Origin: Phyllobates terribilis
Lineage: Eukaryota
Direction: 5' to 3'
Assembly (NCBI RefSeq): GCF_046119375.1
Contig: NW_027362770.1
Coordinates: 187,550,001-187,614,000, forward strand
Length of the DNA stretch: 64,000 nucleotides
This document shows, piece by piece, positions 24,801 through 35,400 of the stretch. Each line of letters opens with the position of its first letter. Position 1 is the first letter of the stretch. The position numbers and the translations under genes were made by a program. Below the pieces are notes generated by a model. The model was not told where the DNA came from and did not search any database. It saw nothing but the letters and a program-made list of their open reading frames with translations.

Positions 24801-27800
24801 TAAGGAAGGGAACAAAAATCTGCATTGAGGGCGAGACCCCTGTACTAAGTCTAATGACCCCGTATGTTTCTATCCCTCTGTGTCCTGTGTGCATACAGGA
24901 CGAATGCTGAGCAGGCAACAGCGCGCTCTGTAAATCAGACCAGAATAATACAGGCGGCGACATTTTTTATATGGACCCGAGCTTCCTGTGACAATAGCCA
25001 GTGACGGAGGAGGGAGGAACGCGGCGGAGGAGGAGGAGGAGAAAAAGAGGAGGGAGGAGGAGGAGAAAAAGAGGAGGGAGGAGGAGGAGTGCAGCGGAGG
25101 GGAAAAAGAGGAGGGAGGAGGAGGAGCGCGGCGGAGGGGAAAAAGAGGAGGGAGGAGGAGGAGCGCGGCGGAGGGGAAAAAGAGGAGGGAGGAGGAGGAG
25201 CGCGGCGGAGGGGAAAAAGAGGAGGGAGGAGGAGGAGCACGGCGGAGGGGAAAAAGGGAAAGGAGGAGGAGCGCTGCGGAGGGGAAAAAGGGAGACGAGA
25301 AGCGCGGTGGAGGGGAAAAAGGGGGGAGAGGAGGAGGAGCGCGGCGGAGGGGAAAAAGGGGGGAGAGGAGGAGGGGCAAAAGGGAGACGAGAAGCGCGGC
25401 GGAGGGGCAAAAGGGAGACGAGAAGCGCGGCGGAGGGGAAAAAGGGAGACGAGAAGCGCGGCGGAGGGGAAAAAGGGAGACGAGAAGCGCGGCGGAGGGG
25501 AAAAAGGGAGACGAGAAGCGCGGCGGAGGGGAAAAAGGGAGACGAGAAGCGCGGCGGAGGGGAAAAAAGGGAGAGGAGAAGTGCGGCGGAGGAAGAAGGA
25601 GTGGAGGACTGTGGAGAAGGTAAAGAAAAAGATGGAAATAGAGGAAAATTTGAAGAGAATTTTTAAAAGGGTAGAGGAAATGACTGGGGCGAAGATGAAT
25701 TCTAGAAACGGAAGGAAAAAAACTGGACATATAGTAAGAGGGGTAAATGTGGGGCACATGGAAGTCGGATTATGAGGACCTGGGTCAAGAGAAAGGAAAG
25801 GGGGAATGTAGGAAAAAAACCTGGAGTGAGGGGCGACAGCCGGGAGATGATACGGATTAACTGACAAAGAGCGGAGGCTACGAGAGGACGGATCTGACAA
25901 AGGACTGGAGGCCAAACTGCTGACGTGACCCGGCGGCGACCATGATCCGGCCTTTATGAGAAGCTGCTGGGTTATCGGAGTTCACAGTCTGAATTGGGTT
26001 TATCCTAACAGAAAACTCTGCCGAACAGGCAAAAACCACCAGTAAAGCGGTGCAGGGGCAGATACGGGAGAGGAAACGCCTTCAGGTTGAACAAGAATAA
26101 ATTACAATCCAAAAAGGTAATAATACATCGCCCATTCAGTGTTATCATAGGGACACTTGGCCTTATAACAACTAGCTACAGTCCAGCTTCTACATTTCTA
26201 GGCAAGGTCAAATACAATGAAAAAGAGATTTGTCTGGTGTCTGCGGCCAGTGTCCCCAGAGTCTGCTGCAACACAGAGACAGGAAGTGTTGTCATAGGAG
26301 CCATATCACAATTGAATAAAACATTCTCCTTTAAGAAGTAAAAACAAAATCTACCAGACTGACTTTCTAAGTGACTGAACATATGACAGGAAGGATCAGG
26401 GTGGGCACTGTTACTAGAGACAACATGGGAGCGGCATTAGACCACAAAACCGCAGCCACCCACACATCCAGTATCCTCAGCTGCTGCGCACCTCTCTGCA
26501 CCGGCTGCATCCAAACTGCTCAGGCACCAGGAAATATAAATACACAAAACTGGTTCCATCTAATCTCTGCAGGTGACGTCTATGACCCATGGGAGAAAGG
26601 GGAACGAGAAAATCATCAAACCCAGAGAAACAAGCCCTGCTGGGTGTGGAAAGACATGAGGCCCCCTCTAGTGGTGGCTGTATAAATCTGTATGTAGTGA
26701 GCTCCCTCTAGTGGTGGCTGTATAAATCTGTATGTAGTGAGCTCCCTCTAGTGGTGGCTGTATAATCTGTATGTAGTGAGCTCCCTCTAGTGGTGGCTGT
26801 ATAAATCTGTATGTAGTGAGCTCCCTCTAGTGGGGGCTGTATAAATCTGTATGTAGTGAGCTCCCTCTAGTGGTGGCTGTATAAATCTGTATGTAGTGAG
26901 CTCCCTCTAGTGGTGGCTGTATAAATCTGTATGTAGTGAGCTCCCTCTAGTGGTGGCTGTATAAATCTATATGTAGTGAGCTCCCTCTAGTGGTGGCTGT
27001 ATAAATCTGTATGTAGTGAGCTCCCTCTAGTGGTGGCTGTATAAATCTGTATGTAGTGAGCTCCCTCTAGTGGTGGTTGTATAAATCTATATGTAGTGAG
27101 CTCCCTCTAGTGCTGGCTGTATAAATCTGTATGTAGTGAGCTCCCTCTAGTGGGGGCTGTATAAATCTGTATGTAGTGAGCTCCCTCTAGTGGTGGCTGT
27201 ATAAATCTGTATGTAGTGAGCTCCCTCTAGTGGTGGCTGTATAAATCTGTATGTAGTGAGCTCCCTCTAGTGGTGGCTGTATAAATCTGTATGTAGTGAG
27301 CTCCCTCTAGTGGTGGTTGCATAGATCTGTATGTAGTGAGCTCCCCCTAGTGGTGGCTGTATAAATCTGTATGTAGTGAGCTCCCTCTAGTGGTGGCTGT
27401 ATAAATCTGTATATAGTGAGCTCTCCCTAGTGGTGGCTGTATAAATCTGTATGTAGTGAGCTCCCTCTAGTGGTGGCTGTATAAATCTGTATATAGTGAG
27501 CTCTCCCTAGTGGTGGCTGTATAAATCTGTATGCAGTGAGCTCCCTCTAGTGGTGGCTGTATAAATCTGTATGCAGTGAGCTCCCTCTAGTGGTGGCTGT
27601 ATAAATCTGTATGTAGTGAGCTCCCTCTAGTGGTGGTTGCATAGATCTGTATGTAGTGAGCTCCCCCTAGTGGTGGGTGTATAAATCTGTATGTCGTGAG
27701 CTCCCCCTAGTGGCGGTTGCATAAATCCACATGCAGTGAGCTCCCTCTAGTGGTGACTACAGGCTGACAGAGTCTGATCATTCAATGCTATGGCTGTGTG

Positions 27801-29110
27801 GAGGGACGGGGGATTCCTTTTTACAGGGGTCTTCTCCTTCCAGCTGTAGGTCCTTGGTGAAGAAGAGATCCACAATCTAAATCTGACAACCCCGACAGTC
27901 TCTTATGGATTTGCCCTTCGCCTCCCCAGCGGTTTCCGTGTCACATGATGCACAATGGCGCTGCGCTGCTGGTTTTGGAGAACGTCCAGACAAGGTGTAT
28001 TCAGTCTCCAGCACTACGGCCAATGGATTAACACTGCGAATGCCAAAGAGGAAAGTGGCGCAGTAGATGAACGAGTGGTGCAGTCTCCCATTGTGACCAA
28101 TCAGGTTGATGCTTTCCAGAGATCTGAGCTGTAGTTGGACTTGTTACCACCAGGTGGCAAAACTGAGCACATGAGAAAGCGGAATATCAAACTGCACCCT
28201 GAGGCATGATGGGAGTGATCTATGGAACAAAATCCGGGTACCTAGGAAGGATTCCTGCGAGTATCAGAAGTGGTCGGAGCGCCCCTTTAATACAGGACAC
28301 AAGGGCCATTGTTATGGTCGGTGTATTACGGGGTGTACGTAATAACAGGATTACTTCGGTGTCATCCAATCCCTGCTCCAGAGGCCAAAAACAAGGACAG
28401 ACCCCAAATAATCGGCCCCTCCCCGGTGTCCGTCCGGAGCTCTGTGCAGTAAATGCTGGTACTTCCTGGGGGAAGGGAACGGCGAATCTGCAGGGACGTC
28501 CTCACCTGAGCTTCAGGAGCTGCGACGGGTCCACACAAAGCAATGGTGTCCGGGACGGCTGTGGACCCCATTATTGTCCCCCACACGGCTGCGCTTATGA
28601 GGCTGCCGGAGACCTTTACCGTTAATAAAGGCATAGACTAACCTAAGAGGAAGGAAATGCGGCCCCCTTGTTAGAAGATCTCGGGGGTCTCACCCCAAAT
28701 AATGATTTTCTGTGATGTCCGAATTTAAAGGGGCGTTTCTCTAGCCCTTTAATTCAGAGGTGATGATCCGTGTAGATGCAGAGGAGCGCGACCCAAGTAT
28801 TGGGGTCCAGGAAAGAGGTCAGGGGATGGGATGGGGGTGGGGGGGGGGGGGTCTCAGCTTCTGGACTCCAATGATCAAAACTTCTGACAGATGGAAAGTT
28901 TATTTTAAAGTGACAGTCACCCCTTTAAGTGGCCTCATAGTTGCCCCAAAAGCTTGCAATCAATACCCATAGGAAATGATTACTGGAGCGCAGGGTCTCC
29001 AGCTTGTGGCTCTGCATGCTGGGAGTAGTAGTGTTGTGGCTCCCAGGATGCTCCACCAGGTCGGCTATAGGGGGCGCTCTGCCCCGGGCTGGCTCTCACC
29101 TGGCGGCCAT
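15885..29110 (-). CDS. endou: Poly(U)-specific endoribonuclease, XendoU type (291 aa, no signal peptide or somatomedin-B domains)
   Basis: Seven GT-AG exons with consistent phases: 29100-29110 (MAAR), 24097-24196, 18359-18470, 17672-17793, 17053-17165, 16234-16387, 15885-16148. Protein [22 protein letters not shown]...[22 protein letters not shown]...[10 protein letters not shown]...[15 protein letters not shown] closely matches recalled Xenopus XendoU; catalytic His, His and Lys present. Confidence 0.95.
16560..16989. mobile_element. MITE: ~430-bp element with ~195-bp inverted arms, TA-flanked, in endou intron 5
   Basis: Left arm CTTGTAGAAATCCC... mirrors right arm ...GGGATTTCTACAAG; the ORF track shows near-identical peptides on opposite strands (16615+ and 16752-); TA at 16558-16559 and 16990-16991. 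Confidence 0.8.
17190..17590. repeat. Degenerate tandem repeat (ACCACCTCCTCAGGGTTAGCTCC-like) in endou intron 4
   Basis: Repeated CACCTCCTCAG / AGGGTTAGCTCC motifs with irregular spacing. Confidence 0.55.
18540..24091. repeat. 34-36-bp satellite (GCAGTATTATAGTAGTTATATTCTTGTACATAGG[G/A])n filling endou intron 2
   Basis: Visible period, about 155 copies; same family at 50507-50970 and 57985-64000. Confidence 0.98.
24990..25610. repeat. Purine-rich minisatellite (GAAGCGCGGCGGAGGGGAAAAAGGGAGAC / GGAGGA)n in endou intron 1
   Basis: Visible ~29-32 bp period; produces R/G/E-rich and P/S/F-rich spurious ORFs. Confidence 0.88.
26665..27755 (-). repeat. 40-bp satellite (GAGCTCCCTCTAGTGGTGGCTGTATAAATCTGTATGTAGT)n, about 27 copies, in endou intron 1
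   Basis: Visible 40-bp period; reverse complement of the array at 32620-34315. Confidence 0.96.
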
Positions 29111-29457
29111 GACGAGCTCCGTCCTCCGGTCTCCGGTCGCTTCAGACAAAATACTGCAGAGCCGCCGGATGAAAGAGACCGGATGAGCCAATCACAGCGC
29201 AAGGCCTGGCCCCGCCCACCTATAGCGGAGACAAGGGCGTGGACATAACTGATGTCTCCCGGAGCCAATCAGTGAGCGGATAGAGGAGGAGTCTGGCCCT
29301 GACAGGGAAGAGCGAGGATAATGATTGGCAGCGCTCTGAGCCAATCAGGGATCGGTGGGCGGAGCCAGGCTGACATCTCGGCCGCGTTCTACTTTAGAAC
29401 GTTCAGTTGTAACTTTGTATCTTTCCTGGGAGTCGGCGCCGTTTAGTCACCGGCCAC
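29111..29457. promoter_or_regulatory. Bidirectional promoter shared by endou and cyb5r3
   Basis: Start codons diverge at 29110 (-) and 29458 (+); CCAAT at 29188, 29265, 29341 and ATTGG at 29324, all in RCCAATCA context; GC boxes at ~29210 and ~29357; CpG-rich. Confidence 0.85.
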
Positions 29458-32400
29458 ATGGGGGCGCACATCAGCACGGTGAGCGGGGCCGGGGATGACA
29501 CAGCACGGAGGGCACAGTATGGAGGGCAGGAAGCGGCGGCCGCAGGGCCTGGGTGGGTGTGACCACTGCTGTGTGCAGGCAAGAGGTTCTGCAGCAGCCG
29601 CCCCCTGCTCGGGAAGAGGCACTCCAGGCCTCAGCGCTTACAATCTACTGCCAAATCGGGCGGATGAGGCTGGTGGTCCTGGTGTAGCCCCCAGTGCAGT
29701 CGTCAGGTGACCTTGGAGGTGGTCGGTGGGTTCTGGGCAGGGCCCCAGTATTGGACCATATAGATCCTATGCTAATGGGGCTATAAGTACCCAGTGGGTG
29801 GTCCTGAGCCTGTGGTAAACGCCCCTGCTCCTCCCCGCCCCTTTGTCTTAATTGACGACGCCATTTATATTCCGCATGTCCCGACCCCTCTCCGCCTCTC
29901 TTCCCCTCCTCTCCCCAGCCTCTGTCCCCTCCGGGGTGTTCTCTTGTTCCCCCTCTCCCCAGCCTCTGTCCCCTCCGGGGTGCCCTCTTGATCCCCCCCT
30001 CTCCCCTCCGGGGCAGTCCCGACCCTTCTCAGCCTCTGTCCCCTCCGGGGTGCCCTCTTATTCCCTCTCCCCTCTGGGGCGATCCTGACCCTTCTCTGCC
30101 TCTGTCCTCTCTGGGCCTCTGTCCCCTCCGGGGTGCCCTCTTGATCCCCCCTCTCCCCTCCGGGGCAGTCCCGACCCTTCTCAGCCTCTGTCCCCTCCGG
30201 GGTGCCCTCTTATTCCCTCTCCCCTCTGGGGCGATCCTGACCCTTCTCTGCCTCTGTCCTCTCTGGGCCTCTGTCCCCTCCGGGGTGCCCTCTTGTTCCC
30301 TCTCCCCTCTGGGGCGGTCCTGACCCTTCTCAGCCTCTGTCCCCTCCGGGGTGCCCTCTTGTTCCCTCTCCCCTCCGGGGCAGTCCCGACCCCTTTCAGC
30401 CCCTGTCCCCTCCGGGGTGCCGTCTTATTCCCTCTCCCCTCCGGGGCGGTCCCGATCCTTCTCTGCCTCTGTCCCCTCCGGGATGCCCTCTTGATCCCCC
30501 TCTCCCCTCCGGGGCGGTCCCGAACCCTTTCAGCCTCTGTCCCCTCCGGGGTGCCCTCTTGTTCCCTCTCCCCTCTGGGGCGGTCCCGACCCTTCTCTGC
30601 CTCTGTCCCCTCTGGGCCTCTGTCCCCTCCGGGGTGCCCTCTTGTTCCCCCTCTCCCCTCTGGAGCGGTCCTGACCCTTTTCTGCTTCTGTCCCCTCCAG
30701 GGTGCCCTCTTGGTCCCCCTCTCCCCTCCGGGGCGGTCCCGACCCCTTTCAGCCTCTGTCCCCTCCGGGGTGCCCTCTTGTTCCCCCTCTCCCCTCTGGA
30801 GCGGTCCCGACCCTTTTCTGCTTCTGTCCCCTCCGGGGTGCCCTCTTGGTCCCCCTCTCCCCTCCGGGGCGGTCCCGACCCCTTTCAGCCTCTGTCCCCT
30901 CCGGGGTGCCCTCTTATTCCCTCTCCCCTCTGGGGCGGTTCCGACCCTTCTCTGCCTCTGTCCCCTCTGGGCCTCTGTCCCCTCCGGGGTGTCCTCTTGA
31001 TCCCCCTCTCCCCTCCGGGGTGGTCCCGACCCCTTTCAGCCTCTGTCCCCTCCGGGGTGCCCTCTTATTCCCTCTCCCCTCTGGGGCGGTCCCGACCCTT
31101 CTCTGCCTCTGTCCCCTCTGGGTCTCTGTCCACTCCGGGGTGCCCTCTTTTTCCCCTTCTCCCCTCTGGGGCGGTCCCGACCCTTCTCAGCCTCTGTCCC
31201 CTCCGGGGTGCCCTCTTGTTCCCCCTCTCCCCTCTGGGGCGGTCCTGACCCTTCTCTGCCTCTGTCCCCTCTGGGCCTCTGTCCTCTCCGGGGTGCCCTC
31301 TTGTTCCCTCTCCCCTCTGAGGCGGTCCCGACCCTTCTCAGCCTCTGTCCCCTCCGGGGTGCCCTCTTATTCCCTCTCCCCTCTGGGGCGATCCTGACCC
31401 TTCTCTGCCTCTGTCCTCTCTGGGCCTCTGTCCCCTCCGGGGTGCCCTCTTGTTCCCTCTCCCCTCTGGGGCGGTCCCGACCCTTCTCAGCCTCTGTCCC
31501 CTCCGGGGTGCCCTCTTATTCCCTCTCCCCTCTGGGGCGATCCTGACCCTTCTCTGCCTCAGTCCCCTCTGGGCCTCTGTCCCCTCCTGGGTGCCCTCTT
31601 GATCCCTCTATCCCCTCCGGGGCGGTCCTGACCCCTCTCAGCCTCTGTCCCCTCCGGGGCACTGCAACTGTCAAGTTCAACTGTCAATTAAGTCTAAGTG
31701 AGCAGAGCAAGTAAGTGTTTATCAGAGCTCAGGACCACCCATTTGCCACTTCATTAGCATATGGTCGAAAGATAAAATTGTAGATCTCCGTTTAAAGGCC
31801 ATGTGGGCGGATCCTCACTTGTATTTAGGTTCCCAGTGGCCATAAAGCAGCTGACACTCCCTTTAATTCTCTCCTTGGCCACTAGGGGGATTTAAGTCAC
31901 ATGACTCATTGTCCAGTTCCGATCCTGTGTCCGGCCCCTGTATTGTGGTGGGGGACACGGCCTGTATTGTGGTGGGGGACACGGCCTGTATTGTGGGCGT
32001 ATTAAAGGGATGACACCAAATTAGGTTCACATTGCTATTAAGGGATGATGTGGTCAGGCTGGTGGGGTGGGGTGGGGTGGGGTCTGGTCCCTGGTCAGAT
32101 TAGGGTCCCTGTCTCCATGATGCGGGGGCGGTCAGGACCCCCCTCCGGCTGGTGATGTCGGCTGCTGTTTACACCAGTAATAATTTGGATCGTGTTCCAG
32201 CTGTCACGCGGTCGCCCTCGTATAGGAATGCAGGGATAATGGGGCCGTATCTCCGACATTCAGCAGCGGCCTGTGCTCCTCCACATCCCTTCCTGAGGCA
32301 TTATGGGTGCTGGAACTCCCCCCAGTGATTGACCCACCCATGTGTGCTCTGGATTATGGAAATCTCTCTACAATCCTGGATGAGGTTCCTTTCTCCACCA

Positions 32401-35400
32401 CTAGTTGTAGTTCGGCTGTTAACCCCTTCATTGCTGAGGCGTTGCAAGCGATTAACCTGAAATCTGTTGCTTCTCTCATGTAAAGGTTGATGGGTATCGG
32501 GGGTTTGGCTGATGCTCAATTCTACCGATCTCACAACACGTTGTGCACTGATACCGGGCAAACATGGAGGAACTGTAGCCTCTTATGTATGTCAGGTGTG
32601 GGGAGAGGGTGTCCCATAGGAGAGCTCACTACATACAGATTTATACAGCCCCCACTAGGGGGAGCTCACTACATACAGATTTATACAGTTACCACTAGGG
32701 GGAGCTCACTACATACAGATTTATACAGCCACCACTACTGGGAGCTCACTACATACAGATTTATACAGCCCCCACTAGGGGAGCTCACTACATACAGATT
32801 TATACAGCCACCACTACGGGGAGCTCACTACATACAGATTTATACAGCCCCCACTAGGGGGAGCTCACTACATACAGATTTATACAGCCACACTACGGGG
32901 AGCTCACTGCATACAGATTTATACAGCCCCCACTAGGGGGAGCTCACTACATACAGATTTATATAACCACCACTAGAGGGAGCTCACTACATACAGATTT
33001 ATACAGCCACCACTAGGGGGAGCTCACTACATACAGATTTATACGGCCACCACTAGGGGGAGCTCACTACATACAGATTTATACGGCCACCACTAGGGGA
33101 GCTCACTACATACAGATTTATACAGCCATCACTATGAGGGAGCTCACTACATACAGATTTATACGGCCACCACTAGGGGGAGCTCACTACATACAGATTT
33201 ATACGGCCACCACTAGGGGAGCTCACTACATACAGATTTATACGGCCACCACTAGGGGGAGCTCACTACATACAGATTTATACGGCCCCACTAGGGGGAG
33301 CTCACTACATACAGATTTATACGGCCACCACTAGGGGGAGCTCACTACATACAGATTTATACGGCCACCACTAGGGGGAGCTCACTACATACAGATTTAT
33401 ACGGCCACCACTAGGGGGAGCTCACTACATACAGATTTATACGGCCACCACTAGAGGGAGCTCACTACATACAGATTAATACGGCCCCCACTAGAGGGAG
33501 CTCACTACATACAGATTAATACGGCCCCCACTAGAGGGAGCACACTACATACAGATTAATACGGCCCCCACTAGAGGGAGCACACTACATACAGATTAAT
33601 ACGGCCCCCACTAGAGGGAGCACACTACATACAGATTAATACGGCCCCCACTAGAGGGAGCACACTACATACAGATTAATACGGCCCCCACTAGAGGGAG
33701 CACACTACATACAGATTAATACGGCCCCCACTAGAGGGAGCACACTACATACAGATTAATACGGCCCCCACTAGAGGGAGCACACTACATACAGATTAAT
33801 ACGGCCCCCACTAGAGGGAGCACACTACATACAGATTAATACGGCCCCCACTAGAGGGAGCACACTACATACAGATTAATACGGCCCCCACTAGAGGGAG
33901 CACACTACATACAGATTAATACGGCCCCCACTAGAGGGAGCACACTACATACAGATTAATACGGCCCCCACTAGAGGGAGCACACTACATACAGATTAAT
34001 ACGGCCCCCACTAGAGGGAGCACACTACATACAGATTAATACGGCCCCCACTAGAGGGAGCACACTACATACAGATTAATACGGCCCCCACTAGAGGGAG
34101 CACACTACATACAGATTAATACGGCCCCCACTAGAGGGAGCACACTACATACAGATTAATACGGCCCCCACTAGAGGGAGCACACTACATACAGATTAAT
34201 ACGGCCCCCACTAGAGGGAGCACACTACATACAGATTAATACGGCCCCCACTAGAGGGAGCACACTACATACAGATTAACACGGCCACCACTAGGGGGAG
34301 CTCACTACATACAGCTCCTGTAGTAGTCAATAGGAAGCGTATAAATACATTTTTAGCTAGCTCCCTCTAGTGGTGGCTGCCCACTATGTTGGTAAATCTG
34401 TATTTCTCGTGTCTCCATCACAGTAGATATTTTTTCACCTTTAAGTGAATGACGCGAGATGTTCAGGAAAGTCTTTATAACGTCCAACAGCTGAAAGAAA
34501 CCTGTGAATCTGTGTGTGATTATGACCCTTCCTGTATATTACAGAGATGGCCGAGCGGCTGCAGGCAGGAGAGTAGGTGACTCCACACAGGGCGGCCCTG
34601 ACTGAAGAATGTACAATCTCAGGGGACAGGAGGGCTGTGCTGACTCATAGGAGTGGAATTGTGAGCGAAATACAGGGGCGGACAGATCCTAAATATATCC
34701 ACTGTACAGAATAGTGAGCGCAGCTCTGGAGTATAATACAGGATGTAACTCCGGATCAGTAATGTAATGTATGTACACAGTGACTGCACCAGCAGAATAG
34801 TGAGTGCAGCTCTGGAGTATAATACAGGAGGTAACTCAGGATCAGTAATGTAATGTATGTACACAGTGACTGCTCCAGCAGAATAGTGAGTGCAGCTCTG
34901 GGGTATAATACAGGAGGTAACTCGGGATCAGTAATGTAATGTATGTACACAGTGACTGCACCAGCAGAATAGTGAGTGCAGCTCTGGAGTATAATACAGG
35001 ATGTAACTCAGGATCAGTAATGTAATGTATGTACACAGTGACTGCACCAGCAGAATAGTGAGTGCAGCTCTGGAGTATAATACAGGATGTAACTCCGGAT
35101 CAGTAATGTAATGTATGTACACAGTGACTGCTCCAGCAGAATAGTGAGTGCAGCTCTGGGGTATAATACAGGAGGTAACTCGGGATCAGTAATGTAATGT
35201 ATGTACACAGTGACTGCACCAGCAGAATAGTGAGTGCAGCTCTGGAGTATAATACAGGATGTAACTCAGGATCAGTAATGTAATGTATGTACACAGTGAC
35301 TGCACCAGCAGAATAGTGAGTGCAGCTCTGGAGTATAATACAGGATGTAACTCAGGATCAGTAATGTAATGTATGTACACAGTGACTGCACCAGCAGAAT

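Noticed and set aside
28206-28634. 139-aa (+) and 90-aa (-) ORFs in the CpG-rich endou intron 1
   Set aside because: No recognisable family; the donor-like site near 28500 is in the wrong phase for endou exon 2 in the ATG-bearing frame.
16149-29099. Intron-encoded box C/D snoRNA in endou (XendoU processes such snoRNAs)
   Set aside because: By eye I found no convincing C box/D box pair with a terminal stem on the sense strand; a snoscan/Infernal search would be decisive.
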